Assembly: GCA_963845145.1 (NCBI GenBank)
Contig: CAWJQU010000005.1
Coordinates: forward strand, 1,088,001 to 1,152,000
DNA from: an uncultured delta proteobacterium
GTDB lineage: Bacteria; Desulfobacterota; Desulfobacteria; Desulfobacterales; QNYZ01
DNA: 64,000 nt
Reading direction: 5' to 3'
Part shown: one piece after another, positions 20,674 through 30,394 of the stretch
How positions within the stretch are numbered: the stretch's first letter is position 1
Layout: every line of letters begins with the position of its first letter
Notes under the pieces: generated by a model
Seen by the model: only the letters and a program-made list of their open reading frames with translations
What the model was told of the DNA's origin: nothing
The model's database searches: none
Program-made: the position numbers and the translations under genes

Positions 20674-20745
20674 ATGTTATAAGGTCTTATAATATTAAAA
20701 TAATATTTGAGGGTGATGTGATTTTTTTCAAGCCATTTTTCAATT

Positions 20746-21177
20746 TTATTGCAGATATGCCATACTGTTTGGCAAAATAAATACAAACATCCAAAGCCAG
20801 GCAAGCAGTATGACTCGTGCTGGCCAGATCAATCGTTGAAATCTGTAGCCGACGGCATAACCAATCAGCACCAGCAATGGGTCACTAACCAAACGATTCA
20901 GCCAGTGTTCCTGCCCCTGGAACCAATAAGAGACAGATGGCCCGGCATAACCCGATTCCAAAGCCAACTCAAAAAACTCCCAGGCATAGGCCAAAATCAG
21001 TATAGCTATCAATGAGAACAAGACATTTTTATGTCCGGGACAGTTACTTGGGTCTTTCACCCTGTCATCAAACACCCTGGTGGTTAGGTTGCCGATTGCT
21101 ATTCCAGTGAAGAAGTGGCAAAAAGACCAGAGGTCAAGTAAAGCTTGGGTTTTGTGTCCAATTATTTCCATGATCAA
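20746..21177 (-). CDS. Small membrane protein (DUF2585/metal-dependent hydrolase-like)
   Basis: DLWSFCHFFTG, AWEFFE, EHWLNRLVSD motifs with TM helices. Confidence 0.65.
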   Translation of the reverse strand: MIMEIIGHKTQALLDLWSFCHFFTGIAIGNLTTRVFDDRVKDPSNCPGHKNVLFSLIAILILAYAWEFFELALESGYAGPSVSYWFQGQEHWLNRLVSDPLLVLIGYAVGYRFQRLIWPARVILLAWLWMFVFILPNSMAYLQ

Positions 21178-21941
21178 AAAAGGATTATTCGATAGCAGGA
21201 TGCAACAAGGGCAAAAACAACACAGTTAAATCCAATGATGGTAAAGGTCGATATTTCGTGCAGAATTTTTCTTTTGAAGGCAGGCAAAAAAACAACGTAA
21301 TACACTAGATGAGCAATCGCCATTCCACCCGCAATATCAATTAAATAGTGATTTTTTACAAAAAGCACCGAGAGTGTTATCAGGATAAAGATAAACAAAA
21401 ACAACCAGCGTTGCCTGGTCGGGGCAAAATGTTTCGAAAGCAACCAGAAAAGATAAGCAGTGGCAATATGGGCTGATGGGAAAACATTCCACGGCGTTGC
21501 CCGTTCGTAAACATACGCTGTCATCGAACCGAGCACCCCATGATCAGCCAGTACCTCAACTGGAACCCGTATCATGATACTGGCTGGAAAGTTAAACCAG
21601 ATGAGACATTCCAGGCCGGTCATTGCCAGGATACTAAGATAGAAATACCGAAATGCCTGGTGATTGTATGTGCCGCAAACAACACAGTAGATCAGGATGA
21701 ACAGAGGGTAAACCCAGGCAAACAAATATGGCAGGATAAATACAGGGATGTAAGGAATGCTGAAATCCCAGGCACAGGTAAGGCTCTTCCAATAATTATT
21801 TTCTTTTCCTGATAATAAAGCACCTATAAGATTATAAGAGAGTCGGTGAACAAGGATGAGAGGGGGGATGCAAATTATTTCCAGGTATGGGTGCTGCGCC
21901 TTTGTGTAGATTTGTACCTGAGATTCAACCTGACCAATCAT
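21174..21941 (-). CDS. PAP2 family phosphatase/phosphotransferase (membrane)
   Basis: NVFPSAH and SVLFVKNHYLIDIAGG (PAP2 C2 and C3 motifs). Confidence 0.85.
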   Translation of the reverse strand: MIGQVESQVQIYTKAQHPYLEIICIPPLILVHRLSYNLIGALLSGKENNYWKSLTCAWDFSIPYIPVFILPYLFAWVYPLFILIYCVVCGTYNHQAFRYFYLSILAMTGLECLIWFNFPASIMIRVPVEVLADHGVLGSMTAYVYERATPWNVFPSAHIATAYLFWLLSKHFAPTRQRWLFLFIFILITLSVLFVKNHYLIDIAGGMAIAHLVYYVVFLPAFKRKILHEISTFTIIGFNCVVFALVASCYRIILF

Positions 21942-22091
21942 TACAACTCCTCAATATATCTATTTCTTCGTAAAGGACTCCCCTTCATGAATAATTTTTC
22001 GGCCAATAGCTTTGCTTTTTAGGTTTTCTGTTTCGTGCGTTCATTTTCATTCGTCATTTGGCTCCTGTGAACTGTATGACGGACTTGAATT

Positions 22092-22107
22092 AGCAATTCC
22101 TATGCCA
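22092..22107 (-). promoter_or_regulatory. Sigma-54 (-24/-12) promoter upstream of the PAP2 operon
   Basis: Minus strand TGGCATAGGAATTGCT versus consensus TGGCAC-N5-TTGCW (one mismatch), oriented toward 21941. Confidence 0.7.
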
Positions 22108-22372
22108 ATTAGCGGTGCTGCCGGGTACTATTTGGATTTAGAGATCAGGTGTTCGGATTTATAATGATTTGAAACAGGAAGGTGGCCCGGTCAATCACAA
22201 GACCGATAATTGAGGACGGAAAAAATGATGTGAAACCATGCACCTGGTCCATATGAACCACTTCTGGTGGTGTAAGTGGTTCATATGAACCAGGCATGGC
22301 GTCTGAGGTTACCTTATAATAAAAGCAACGGTGTCCAAAAATCAAAATAAGAAGTCCCAAATTTTTAAAACG

Positions 22373-22876
22373 TCACAAGCCGCTTTTTATCAATGGTTCG
22401 GATTTTATTAAGGACCACCTGGATGCATCTTGAACCACAGGATCATTGGGAAATAGGTTGTCGAGATTTTTTTTGAAGACAGTAAGGATAGGAGCAGATT
22501 TAAAACAAAGAAGGTGGGAAAGGCATTCACAATCCGAAGACCCGAAACCGGGCACCGGAATCGATGCGCCTTTGGTTTTCAATAAAATGTCAGCCCAATC
22601 GTGTTCGCGACGAACGGGTAACACCATATACCAGACCGCCGTCAGCCGACACCGTCGACGCAGGTAATCAATATGCCAATGGCAGGTTTTACCGACTTTG
22701 CGATGCCGCCCCACGCGACTGCCCAACCCGCCGGGACCGAAGGCACTGCCAACGTAAACATAATGTCCAGGGTTAAAGGTAAAAATGCCTAGCTTCCCGA
22801 TTCGAATCCTGGCTAGTTCTTCCAACCGGAGGATAAGAACGTAGGTCCCTTTTCCCTTTTCTGCCAGGGCAATCAT
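22373..22876 (-). CDS. GIY-YIG nuclease family protein (DUF123)
   Basis: GTYVL, YVYVGSAFGPGG, HWHIDYL, GFGSSDCECLSHL. Confidence 0.9.
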   Translation of the reverse strand: MIALAEKGKGTYVLILRLEELARIRIGKLGIFTFNPGHYVYVGSAFGPGGLGSRVGRHRKVGKTCHWHIDYLRRRCRLTAVWYMVLPVRREHDWADILLKTKGASIPVPGFGSSDCECLSHLLCFKSAPILTVFKKNLDNLFPNDPVVQDASRWSLIKSEPLIKSGL

Positions 22877-23039
22877 GAGGATTCAAAGTTGAAAATCGTG
22901 TGAAAGGTCAATTGCGGGCGGTTTCGAAAAATGGCCAAGATCAAGGCTCGGTTTATTTCGTTTTGTGAGATAAATTAAAATCGCAACACACACTGATGGT
23001 GCCCCGAAGGAAATGCCCTTGGGGTTTTCTACGACGCCA

Positions 23040-24080
23040 TCAGAATTTATCATCGCCGGGAAATCGGATGAGCTTCCCGCCATAAAACCCGGCCAACGCT
23101 GCCGCACCGAGGGCAACGGCGAACAGGCCTAAAAATATAAACCGCCCGGAAGACCATTGTTCGACTACATGGGGGTTGATCCAGCGCCATAACACCAGGA
23201 TCAAAGACAATGCCGTAACGATTGCGCCGCAAATCATCTTGGTTTTGATCACTTTGGTCATGGCGCCACCCAGGCGTATCTGCCAGTCGTTGTAACCGGA
23301 AAAGAGCACCAGGGGCATGGAAATCAACACAAAGACCAGATTATAATGGGAGACTTGTAACAAGGTATCGCTACCGAATAGAATGCCCATAAGAAAAAAC
23401 AAAAAGGCGACCGGCAAAACCCCGTTGGGGATATGGACGGTGATGGGATGCCCGTGCAATTTGGACATCTGAGTGGTGATGGTCGTATAGATGCCTGATA
23501 TCTGCGAAGGTTCCGACGTGAGCCCTGCATCAACGGGAGCCGGGCCACCCGCAGGCGGGATATCATCTGGCGTTGTCTTTCCCACAACCGGGCCAGCGGG
23601 TTTTTTTTCAGCCGGCGATTCATCCGGTTCCTGGAGGATAAAAAGGCTACGGTCAGCCCCACAGACCGGGCATTTATCCGGAGGCTCCGGGCCGGTATGA
23701 ATATATCCGCAAACCGTGCATTTCCATTTTTTTTCGACAGCGTCGGACTCAGGCGTATCACCACTCGGTTCGGCGTCGCGCTTTTGAGCGGGTGTGGATG
23801 AAGCCGTGATATCCCGAAAACTATCGGCAGCGACCCCGCATACCGGGCAGGCGTCCTTCGGGTCGCCATCTCGCCGGATGTAACCGCATACGGAACATTT
23901 TTGCTGTTTGTTTTTTTCTAATGCCGCCCCGGTAGGGTCTTCCGATTCGGGGTCGCCTTCTTCTTCATCGCTTTCTAACAATTTAAAAGAATCTCGATAC
24001 ACACCGCATACGGGGCAGCTTTCGGGAAGCTGATCTCCGGTATGAGTATAATTACATACCGTGCATTGCCATTTTTTCAT
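23040..24080 (-). CDS. Triple rubredoxin-like domain protein with C-terminal membrane (DUF2231-like) domain
   Basis: Three CxxC-x12-CPVCG repeats, then HPITVHIP and four TM helices. Confidence 0.85.
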   Translation of the reverse strand: MKKWQCTVCNYTHTGDQLPESCPVCGVYRDSFKLLESDEEEGDPESEDPTGAALEKNKQQKCSVCGYIRRDGDPKDACPVCGVAADSFRDITASSTPAQKRDAEPSGDTPESDAVEKKWKCTVCGYIHTGPEPPDKCPVCGADRSLFILQEPDESPAEKKPAGPVVGKTTPDDIPPAGGPAPVDAGLTSEPSQISGIYTTITTQMSKLHGHPITVHIPNGVLPVAFLFFLMGILFGSDTLLQVSHYNLVFVLISMPLVLFSGYNDWQIRLGGAMTKVIKTKMICGAIVTALSLILVLWRWINPHVVEQWSSGRFIFLGLFAVALGAAALAGFYGGKLIRFPGDDKF

Positions 24081-24308
24081 GATTTGTTTCCCAACCTTTT
24101 AAGCCAGCATCTCTATTTCAACATTTCGACGATTGATCGTATTTTTTCACACCTGTTGTTACCAGGAATTGTTTCCCAGCGTCAATGGGTTGAGTGCTCA
24201 TTATATTTGAAAATAGGATTTGTGTGAGAGAGGTGTTGTTTTGAAAAACGGCCGGGGAACGAATCTGCTAAAATATTAGGTAAGAATCAGCCGATATAAC
24301 GACCCACA

Positions 24309-25625
24309 TCAGACTTCGTCCGACATCGGAAAACACAAAATAACCTGGGTCCCATGGCCCACTTGGCTATGAATATCAATCGTCGCCCCATGAGCAGTCA
24401 TAATAGTCCGGCAAAGGCTCAGTCCCAGCCCATAACCACCGGTTTTACGGGTACGGGAATCATCCGCCCGGTAAAAGGGCTCAAATACAAAGGGCAAGTC
24501 GTCGGCGGCAATGCCGATCCCCTTATCTTCGATGGTGATCGTTAAATCATCTGCTTGGACTTCCATAGAAATGGCCACAGGGTCACCATCGGGGGCGGAA
24601 TATTTTAGCGCATTATCCAATAGGTTTCGTATCACCGTCTCAATTTTACTGGCATCCAGTGTCAATTCGGTTTCCAGAGGGTGGCTAAAAACAACACCCG
24701 GCCGACGATCGGTAAAATCGGGCAGGACATCGCGAATCAGATCGGCGGGTTTTACCGGGACAAGATTTAACGCCGCGGCGGATTTACGAATTCGGGCCGC
24801 TTCCAGAATTTCGGTGATCATCTTTTCCATTTCACCGACATCTTCGGCAAGGGTTGTCCGGGTTTCGTCGTCGGGTAGAAATTCAAGCGCCACTTTCAAG
24901 CGGGTCAGCGGAGATCGAAGCTCATGGCTGACATCCAAAAGGAGCTGCTCCTTGGTTTTTAACAATGCGTCCAGCCGTTTCGCCATCCGGTTAAAGGCTG
25001 CCGCCAGGTCGTGAAATTCATCATTACGTCCTAAGGGAACCCGATGGCTGAGGTCGCCGGCACCCACTTTTTCAACCCCATTTTTTAATTGGCGAATCGG
25101 TTTTAATACGCGACGAAGATAAAAATATGCGGCAGTTAAAATAGCCACAAAAATAGCTGCCATGGTAACAAATAACTGCCCCATTGCTTTGTGGCCATTG
25201 CCTCCCCAAGGGAGAATAAAGGTCAACCGGTTCCTTTCTTTTGTAATGCTTACGATATGGTGCCCACGGTAAAAGCCGATCTCCCTACCCGGTTCTTGCG
25301 AAACCATGCGCACCTTTTCCAAGTGAAGGTTTCTGGGGATGGCAGCGGTCTCCCAATGATGATTATTACTCTTGAACAAGATGATCATGCCCGTTCGCCT
25401 GGCAATTTTTTCAGCCTTGTCGAGGCGAGGGGGGTTTCCCATCTCACCGATCAGGTAATCGGAATATACGGCCAAGTTACGATCAAGGGATACCAGCGAG
25501 TGTCTTTTTAATGCCATAAACCCGCCGATCACACCAAAAGTGATCGCCATCCCGACGATCAGGATGGCTAGCAGCAGTCGTGTAAAAACGGAATGGAAGA
25601 GTTTTTTGATAGGTTTTTTATGCAT
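24309..25625 (-). CDS. HAMP-domain sensor histidine kinase (CpxA-like)
   Basis: DVSHELRSPLTRL, NLLDNALKYS, DKGIGI, GYGLGLS. Confidence 0.95.
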   Translation of the reverse strand: MHKKPIKKLFHSVFTRLLLAILIVGMAITFGVIGGFMALKRHSLVSLDRNLAVYSDYLIGEMGNPPRLDKAEKIARRTGMIILFKSNNHHWETAAIPRNLHLEKVRMVSQEPGREIGFYRGHHIVSITKERNRLTFILPWGGNGHKAMGQLFVTMAAIFVAILTAAYFYLRRVLKPIRQLKNGVEKVGAGDLSHRVPLGRNDEFHDLAAAFNRMAKRLDALLKTKEQLLLDVSHELRSPLTRLKVALEFLPDDETRTTLAEDVGEMEKMITEILEAARIRKSAAALNLVPVKPADLIRDVLPDFTDRRPGVVFSHPLETELTLDASKIETVIRNLLDNALKYSAPDGDPVAISMEVQADDLTITIEDKGIGIAADDLPFVFEPFYRADDSRTRKTGGYGLGLSLCRTIMTAHGATIDIHSQVGHGTQVILCFPMSDEV

Positions 25626-25636
25626 GGTGATTATCG

Positions 25637-25836
25637 GTTTGCCCGTTTAGTCCGGTCGGTTGCCCGTTAGTTGGTCTGCCCGTGGGTTCCCACGTACAAG
25701 TGAGTAGGTCGAATATTGTAAGTCGTTTTTTATGGTAAGTACGATCAACAATTTCGTCGTCGTAAATTTGTCTATATCGTATTTTCCCTGTGTTGAAAAC
25801 CGGCAAACCGGCCAACCGGCCAACCGGAAAACGGAC
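25637..25836. repeat. Intergenic insert bounded by oppositely oriented degenerate 8-bp tandem repeats
   Basis: Right end ccggcaaa ccggccaa ccggccaa ccggaaaa; left end ggtttgcccg/ggttgcccg/ggtctgcccg. Confidence 0.5.
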
Positions 25837-26513
25837 TAACCAATAAACACATACCCCGCGCCCCAAACCGTCTTAATAAACTGTGGATCTTTGGGGTCGT
25901 CCTGGAGTTTCTGCCGCAGACGGCTCATGGTGATATCCACCGAGCGATTAAAGGCATCACTGTCCATGCCGCGCAGGGTTTGAAGAATTTCATCCCGGTC
26001 CATCACCCGGCCGGCGTTATTGATTAATAGGGCCAGGGCTGTGAATTCATTGGTGGTAAGAATCACCGGCTCACCGTCCAGTTGGATGTTGCGGGCGGCA
26101 AAATCCACTGTTAACCGTCCGAATGTCTGGGTTTGACTGGGGTCGATGGTCCGAGCGCGTCGAAGTACCGATTGGATTCGCGCCACCAACTCGCGGGGTT
26201 CAAACGGCTTGGGCAGATAATCGTCGGCGCCCAACTCCAGGCCCACAACTTTGTCCATCAAGTCACCCCGCGCGGTAAGCATCACAATGGGCACCGAGCT
26301 GAACTGGCGAATCTTTTTGCAGACTTCAAACCCGTTCATGTCGGGCAGCATCACATCCAGAATGATCAGATCCGGCGAATAGCGCCGGATCTTTTTCAAA
26401 CCATCATTGGGATGAATCGCAGCGTGTACGGTGAAACCAAAATCCGCCATGTATTTTTTTAACAGACGATTTAGTTTTTCGTCATCATCGATGATCAGCA
26501 GTGTCTCTGCCAT
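25836..26513 (-). CDS. OmpR-family response regulator (CpxR-like)
   Basis: IIDDD, LDVMLP, LELGADDYLPKPF, winged helix FIKTVWGAGY. Confidence 0.96.
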   Translation of the reverse strand: MAETLLIIDDDEKLNRLLKKYMADFGFTVHAAIHPNDGLKKIRRYSPDLIILDVMLPDMNGFEVCKKIRQFSSVPIVMLTARGDLMDKVVGLELGADDYLPKPFEPRELVARIQSVLRRARTIDPSQTQTFGRLTVDFAARNIQLDGEPVILTTNEFTALALLINNAGRVMDRDEILQTLRGMDSDAFNRSVDITMSRLRQKLQDDPKDPQFIKTVWGAGYVFIG

Positions 26514-26606
26514 TCTGAAACTCTATTTAATTGTAGGTTAGCCGCAGTATCCCAATGTATCGCTTCGGCCGCCTAAACACCATTAACTATTTTTTCCAGG
26601 TGTTTG

Positions 26607-26936
26607 TCAAATAACCCGATGGCTGTCACAGGCGATGAAGGGTTGATTGTAACGCCCTGATCGGGAATACATTGGCCTGGCGTGCATCGGCCGGCGTCGG
26701 GTAAAACCCATAATCCCAGCCGTCAATCGCAACAGAACCATCAGCCCGAGCGCCTGCCAGAAGGTAATGGCTGTGAGGTCAAAAAGCCCCGGGACAACAA
26801 CATTCCAGGTTAGCTGCAGTACCAGGGTCAGAATAAGCAGGCCTGCCACGCCCATGAATAGATATCTGAAGTGAAACTTCTTTGGGAAAAAACGGTTGAA
26901 ACGCTTTCGTATCTTTCGTTCAGGATGATCTATCAT
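26607..26936 (-). CDS. Small membrane protein
   Basis: TWNVVVPGLFDLTAITFWQALGL motif with two TM helices; GAGGAG Shine-Dalgarno. Confidence 0.7.
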   Translation of the reverse strand: MIDHPERKIRKRFNRFFPKKFHFRYLFMGVAGLLILTLVLQLTWNVVVPGLFDLTAITFWQALGLMVLLRLTAGIMGFTRRRPMHARPMYSRSGRYNQPFIACDSHRVI

Positions 26937-26973
26937 TTTTGACTCCTCTTAAAATAATGCCGTGGATGACGTT

Positions 26974-27036
26974 GGTGCCAAAACCCTCAATTGAGATCGT
27001 TATCGGGTAGAAATTCACCATTGAGGTTTTGGCACC
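26974..27036. repeat. Intergenic inverted repeat (stem-loop)
   Basis: GGTGCCAAAACCCTCAAT ... ATTGAGGTTTTGGCACC between the spy-like gene and the next gene. Confidence 0.65.
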
Positions 27037-27060
27037 TTCGGGAAACCGCCACTGTAGGCG

Positions 27061-27555
27061 TTACCATTTTTTAAACCGGCAATGTCGCCGGTCACCGGGT
27101 CGATGATTTTCAATTTCCTTGGCCAGCTTTTCCCGCTGGACGGGGGTCAAAAGGGCGTGAAATTCGATAACGCGGTCACCGGCAAAAGCGATCATCTCAT
27201 CCATCTGCTGACGGTGCGTTTCAACCACCCGGTTGATATCGTCCTGACCGATTTTCTCCCGGCGAACCAACGCGAGCATATCCTGGCGTACGGATTGGTG
27301 CCAATCGCGACTTTCCCCGCGTTTTTCGTGCAGCTCGGTCAGTAGTCCTTCCACTTTTGACTTTTGGTCGGTGGTCAAGTCGAGCCGGTCGGCGATCTTG
27401 CCGCTGAACCATTCCAGCCGCTTTGTAGATTCTTCCGGTGTCGAATGATAACCGCGGCGCCCGCATCCCACGAAGACAACAGCTAAGATGGCCAATACCG
27501 CTATTGCCGTCAAACCGGTGAAAAGGGACCCTTTGATGATACGTTTTGTTTTCAT
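27061..27555 (-). CDS. Spy/CpxP family periplasmic protein (lipoprotein-like)
   Basis: LDLTTDQK and LLTPVQRE (LTxxQ motifs); FVGC lipobox; AGGAGG Shine-Dalgarno. Confidence 0.88.
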   Translation of the reverse strand: MKTKRIIKGSLFTGLTAIAVLAILAVVFVGCGRRGYHSTPEESTKRLEWFSGKIADRLDLTTDQKSKVEGLLTELHEKRGESRDWHQSVRQDMLALVRREKIGQDDINRVVETHRQQMDEMIAFAGDRVIEFHALLTPVQREKLAKEIENHRPGDRRHCRFKKW

Positions 27556-27650
27556 GTCTACCTCCTAATTGGATTCAGGTTAAAAGAAAGAATTTTTCTT
27601 TCTCTGAACCGAATAATAGGGCAGAACTTTTATCGATGCTTTTCCCCGGC

Positions 27651-27677
27651 GTAACAAGTTGTAACAAGTTGTAACAA
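27651..27677. promoter_or_regulatory. Three 10-bp-phased GTAACA repeats, likely OmpR/CpxR-type operator
   Basis: GTAACAAGTT GTAACAAGTT GTAACAA about 95 bp upstream of the spy-like gene; resembles the CpxR box GTAAA-N5-GTAAA. Confidence 0.65.
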
Positions 27678-27763
27678 CCAAGAATCAAGAAACCCGTTGC
27701 CGAAGGTATTAATGAAATCGGAAAAGTGGCAAAACGCCTATCATTTTGTACGTGGATTCCATC

Positions 27764-27850
27764 TGTAGGGGCGCCCCTTGTGGGTGCTCATGCCCTTTGT
27801 GGGTTCTTGGCGATTATACCACCGGGCAACCACAAGGGATTGCCCCTACA
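27764..27850. repeat. GTAG-family REP doublet (REPIN-like)
   Basis: GTAGGGGCGCCCCTTGTGGGTGCTC on plus and GTAGGGGCAATCCCTTGTGGTTGCCC on minus, inverted. Confidence 0.8.
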
Positions 27851-28070
27851 TGAATTCATCCATTTAAAAATGAAAAACATTTCAAAGGCGGCATTCAGTC
27901 TAAACGGTTAAAGGCTGTTTGGAATCAGAATTATTTATTCAAAATTTTTCTAAATTGATTATTACCTGCAATCGTCCCGGACAGGGTCTATACCCTGTTT
28001 GACACGACTAATTTATAACTGTATATTTATAAGTTACGGTTAATATATCCATCTAATACCGAATGTTATC

Positions 28071-30354
28071 ATGCCCAATAACTTCAAAACCATGCTACTG
28101 GGATCAGTAACGCTTCTAATCGTATTTCTGTTCTTCTTGTCACCGGCGGGACAATACATTGAAGAAAACCTGGGCTTGAGCCTGCTCTTTTATTTACGGG
28201 GGCCGCAGACACCACCATCGGAGGTGGCCGTCATCGGCATCGATCAGCGAATCTGCCCGCCGACTCAAGTTGCCACTCAAGCCGGACCAATGGCCGCGGT
28301 CGATCCATACCGAATTGTTGCGTCAGCTCGCCAAAGCAGGCCCAAAGGTCGTCGCGATGGATATGGTTTTCAGGGAAGCGCGCGATGAAGACCAGGACCG
28401 CGCCCTGGCCCTAGCGATTAAAGCGGCGGGAAATGTGGTTCTGGCAGAATTCCTCCAGAACGAAAAACTCTACGATGCCGAGGGCGCCACACAACCCTCA
28501 CAACCGTTTGAGATTCGAAAAATTGTTCAACCCATTGATATCGTCCGGGAGGCCTCCGTCGCTACGGCCCCGTTGCCGGTTCCCAAAGTCCCGGTCAGGG
28601 TCAGTCGGTATTGGGCGTTTGTTCCGGATGCGGGCAATGCCCCCTCGCTACCCGTCGTTTCATTTCAGATGTACGCCTTGGAAGCGTATCCATCCTTGGT
28701 CAACCTGCTTCAAAAAAGGGCTCCGCCCATCGTCGGTTTGCCGCCGACAAATCTACAATTGTCTGCCATGGGGCGGGCTGAACGTGTCGTCCTGATGGTT
28801 CGTGATTGCTTTAAGGCGAATCCTGCCTTGGCGGACGCCATAATAGATGGCCATTCGGATGATGATCGTGCGACAAACGGCTCACCACAGCTTCTGGATC
28901 GACTGATCCAAATGTATGCGGCTGATGACAGTCGCTTCCTCAACTTTTACGGCCCGCCGGGAACGATTGAAACAACCGCCTATCACCAGATAATCTCCCG
29001 CAACGACAATCAACATAACACGAATCAACATAACGAGAACCAATGGGTCGTTGCCGATCTTTCGGCTTTTAAAAACAAAGCGGTATTCATCGGTTTGTCC
29101 GAGAGGGAAGTGCCGCTGAAAACCGATGGTTTTTATACGGTCTATTCGCGCGCCGACGGTGTGGATCTAAACGGGGTTGAGATTGCCGCAACCGCTTTTG
29201 CCAACATTTTGGAGAACCGGCCGCTTCGTACCTTATCTTTGGTTATGCAAGCCGGGATATTTATTCTTTGCGGTTGTCTTCTTTTAGCAGTCTGCAACTT
29301 TTCGTCGAATATCGTTTCCGCCGGTGGTGCGATCCTTTTTGGATTATGCTACCTTAGCGTGTCCCTGTTTTATTTCAAATCAAAGGGCATCTGGCTTCCA
29401 ATCGTTACGATTGTCGCCATTCAAACGCCTCTGGTCTATTTTCTCGGTGTATTCAGACGCTATCGTCATGTAGATGAAGAACGAAAAGCCATTCGTCACG
29501 CGTTTACCTTTTACCTGCCCACCCCCCTTGTCGACCGCATTGCGACCGAAAAGAAGGCCGTTACTGCCGATGGCCACTCGGCCCATGGCGCGTTGATATG
29601 TACGGATTTGTCAAAATATACGTCGTTTTCGGAAACCATCGACCCTCTGTCGCTCAATCAACTGATGCATGACTATTTTGAGGTCCTTTTCAGGCCGGTT
29701 CAGGAAAACGGCGGGATCATCTCGGACCTGGCGGGAGATTCCATGATGGCCCTGTGGGCCACCAAGGAGCCGGATCTTGCATCACGGAAATACGCCTGCG
29801 ATTCCGCCGTGCAGATGGTTACCGCATTATCCGAATTCTGGAAAAACTGTCCGCTGCCGGTCAATCTTGCCACACGCATCGGCATTCATTACGGCCATAT
29901 CCATATTGGAAATGTGGGCGCCGGCAACCATTATGAATATAAAGCGACCGGCGATACGGTGAATACGACGGCACGGATCGAGAATCTCAACAAACACCTG
30001 AAGACCCACACCCTCATTTCCGCCGATGCCCTCGCGCAGGTGAACGGATTCTTAACCCGCAGGGTGGGCACGTTTCTACTCAGCGGGAAGTCACGGCCGG
30101 TGGAGGTATTTGAATTGATTACACGCATGGAAAATGCTACCGATCAACAGGTCGCGTTAACCCACATGTTTTCGGATGGTTTGAAAGCATACATGGCGTT
30201 ATCATGGGAGATGGCGCTTGGCATTTTTAACACCATTTTAAGCCGGTACCCCCATGATGGGCCATCGATCTTTTATGAACGCTTATGCCGTCAATTTCGT
30301 CAAAACCCGCCGGCGTCCAATTGGAGTAGTGTTATCGTGACGGGGAAAAAATAG
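28071..30354 (+). CDS. CHASE2-domain class III adenylate/guanylate cyclase, +1 frameshift near 28248
   Basis: Removing one base joins VAVIGIDQ to ESARRLKLPLKPDQWPRS (CHASE2 WPR motif); cyclase motifs TDLSKYT, GDSMMALW, RIGIHYG, GDTVNTTARIE, LSGK. Confidence 0.88.
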
Positions 30355-30394
30355 GAATAGGATATAAAAAGTAGCCACAAAGGGAAGGTGTCTG

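Noticed and set aside
29002..29043. 15-bp tandem repeat (NDNQHNTNQHNENQ) in the CHASE2 gene and the GTGG repeat near 31013-31050
   Set aside because: Short in-frame linker expansions; no evidence of phase variation.
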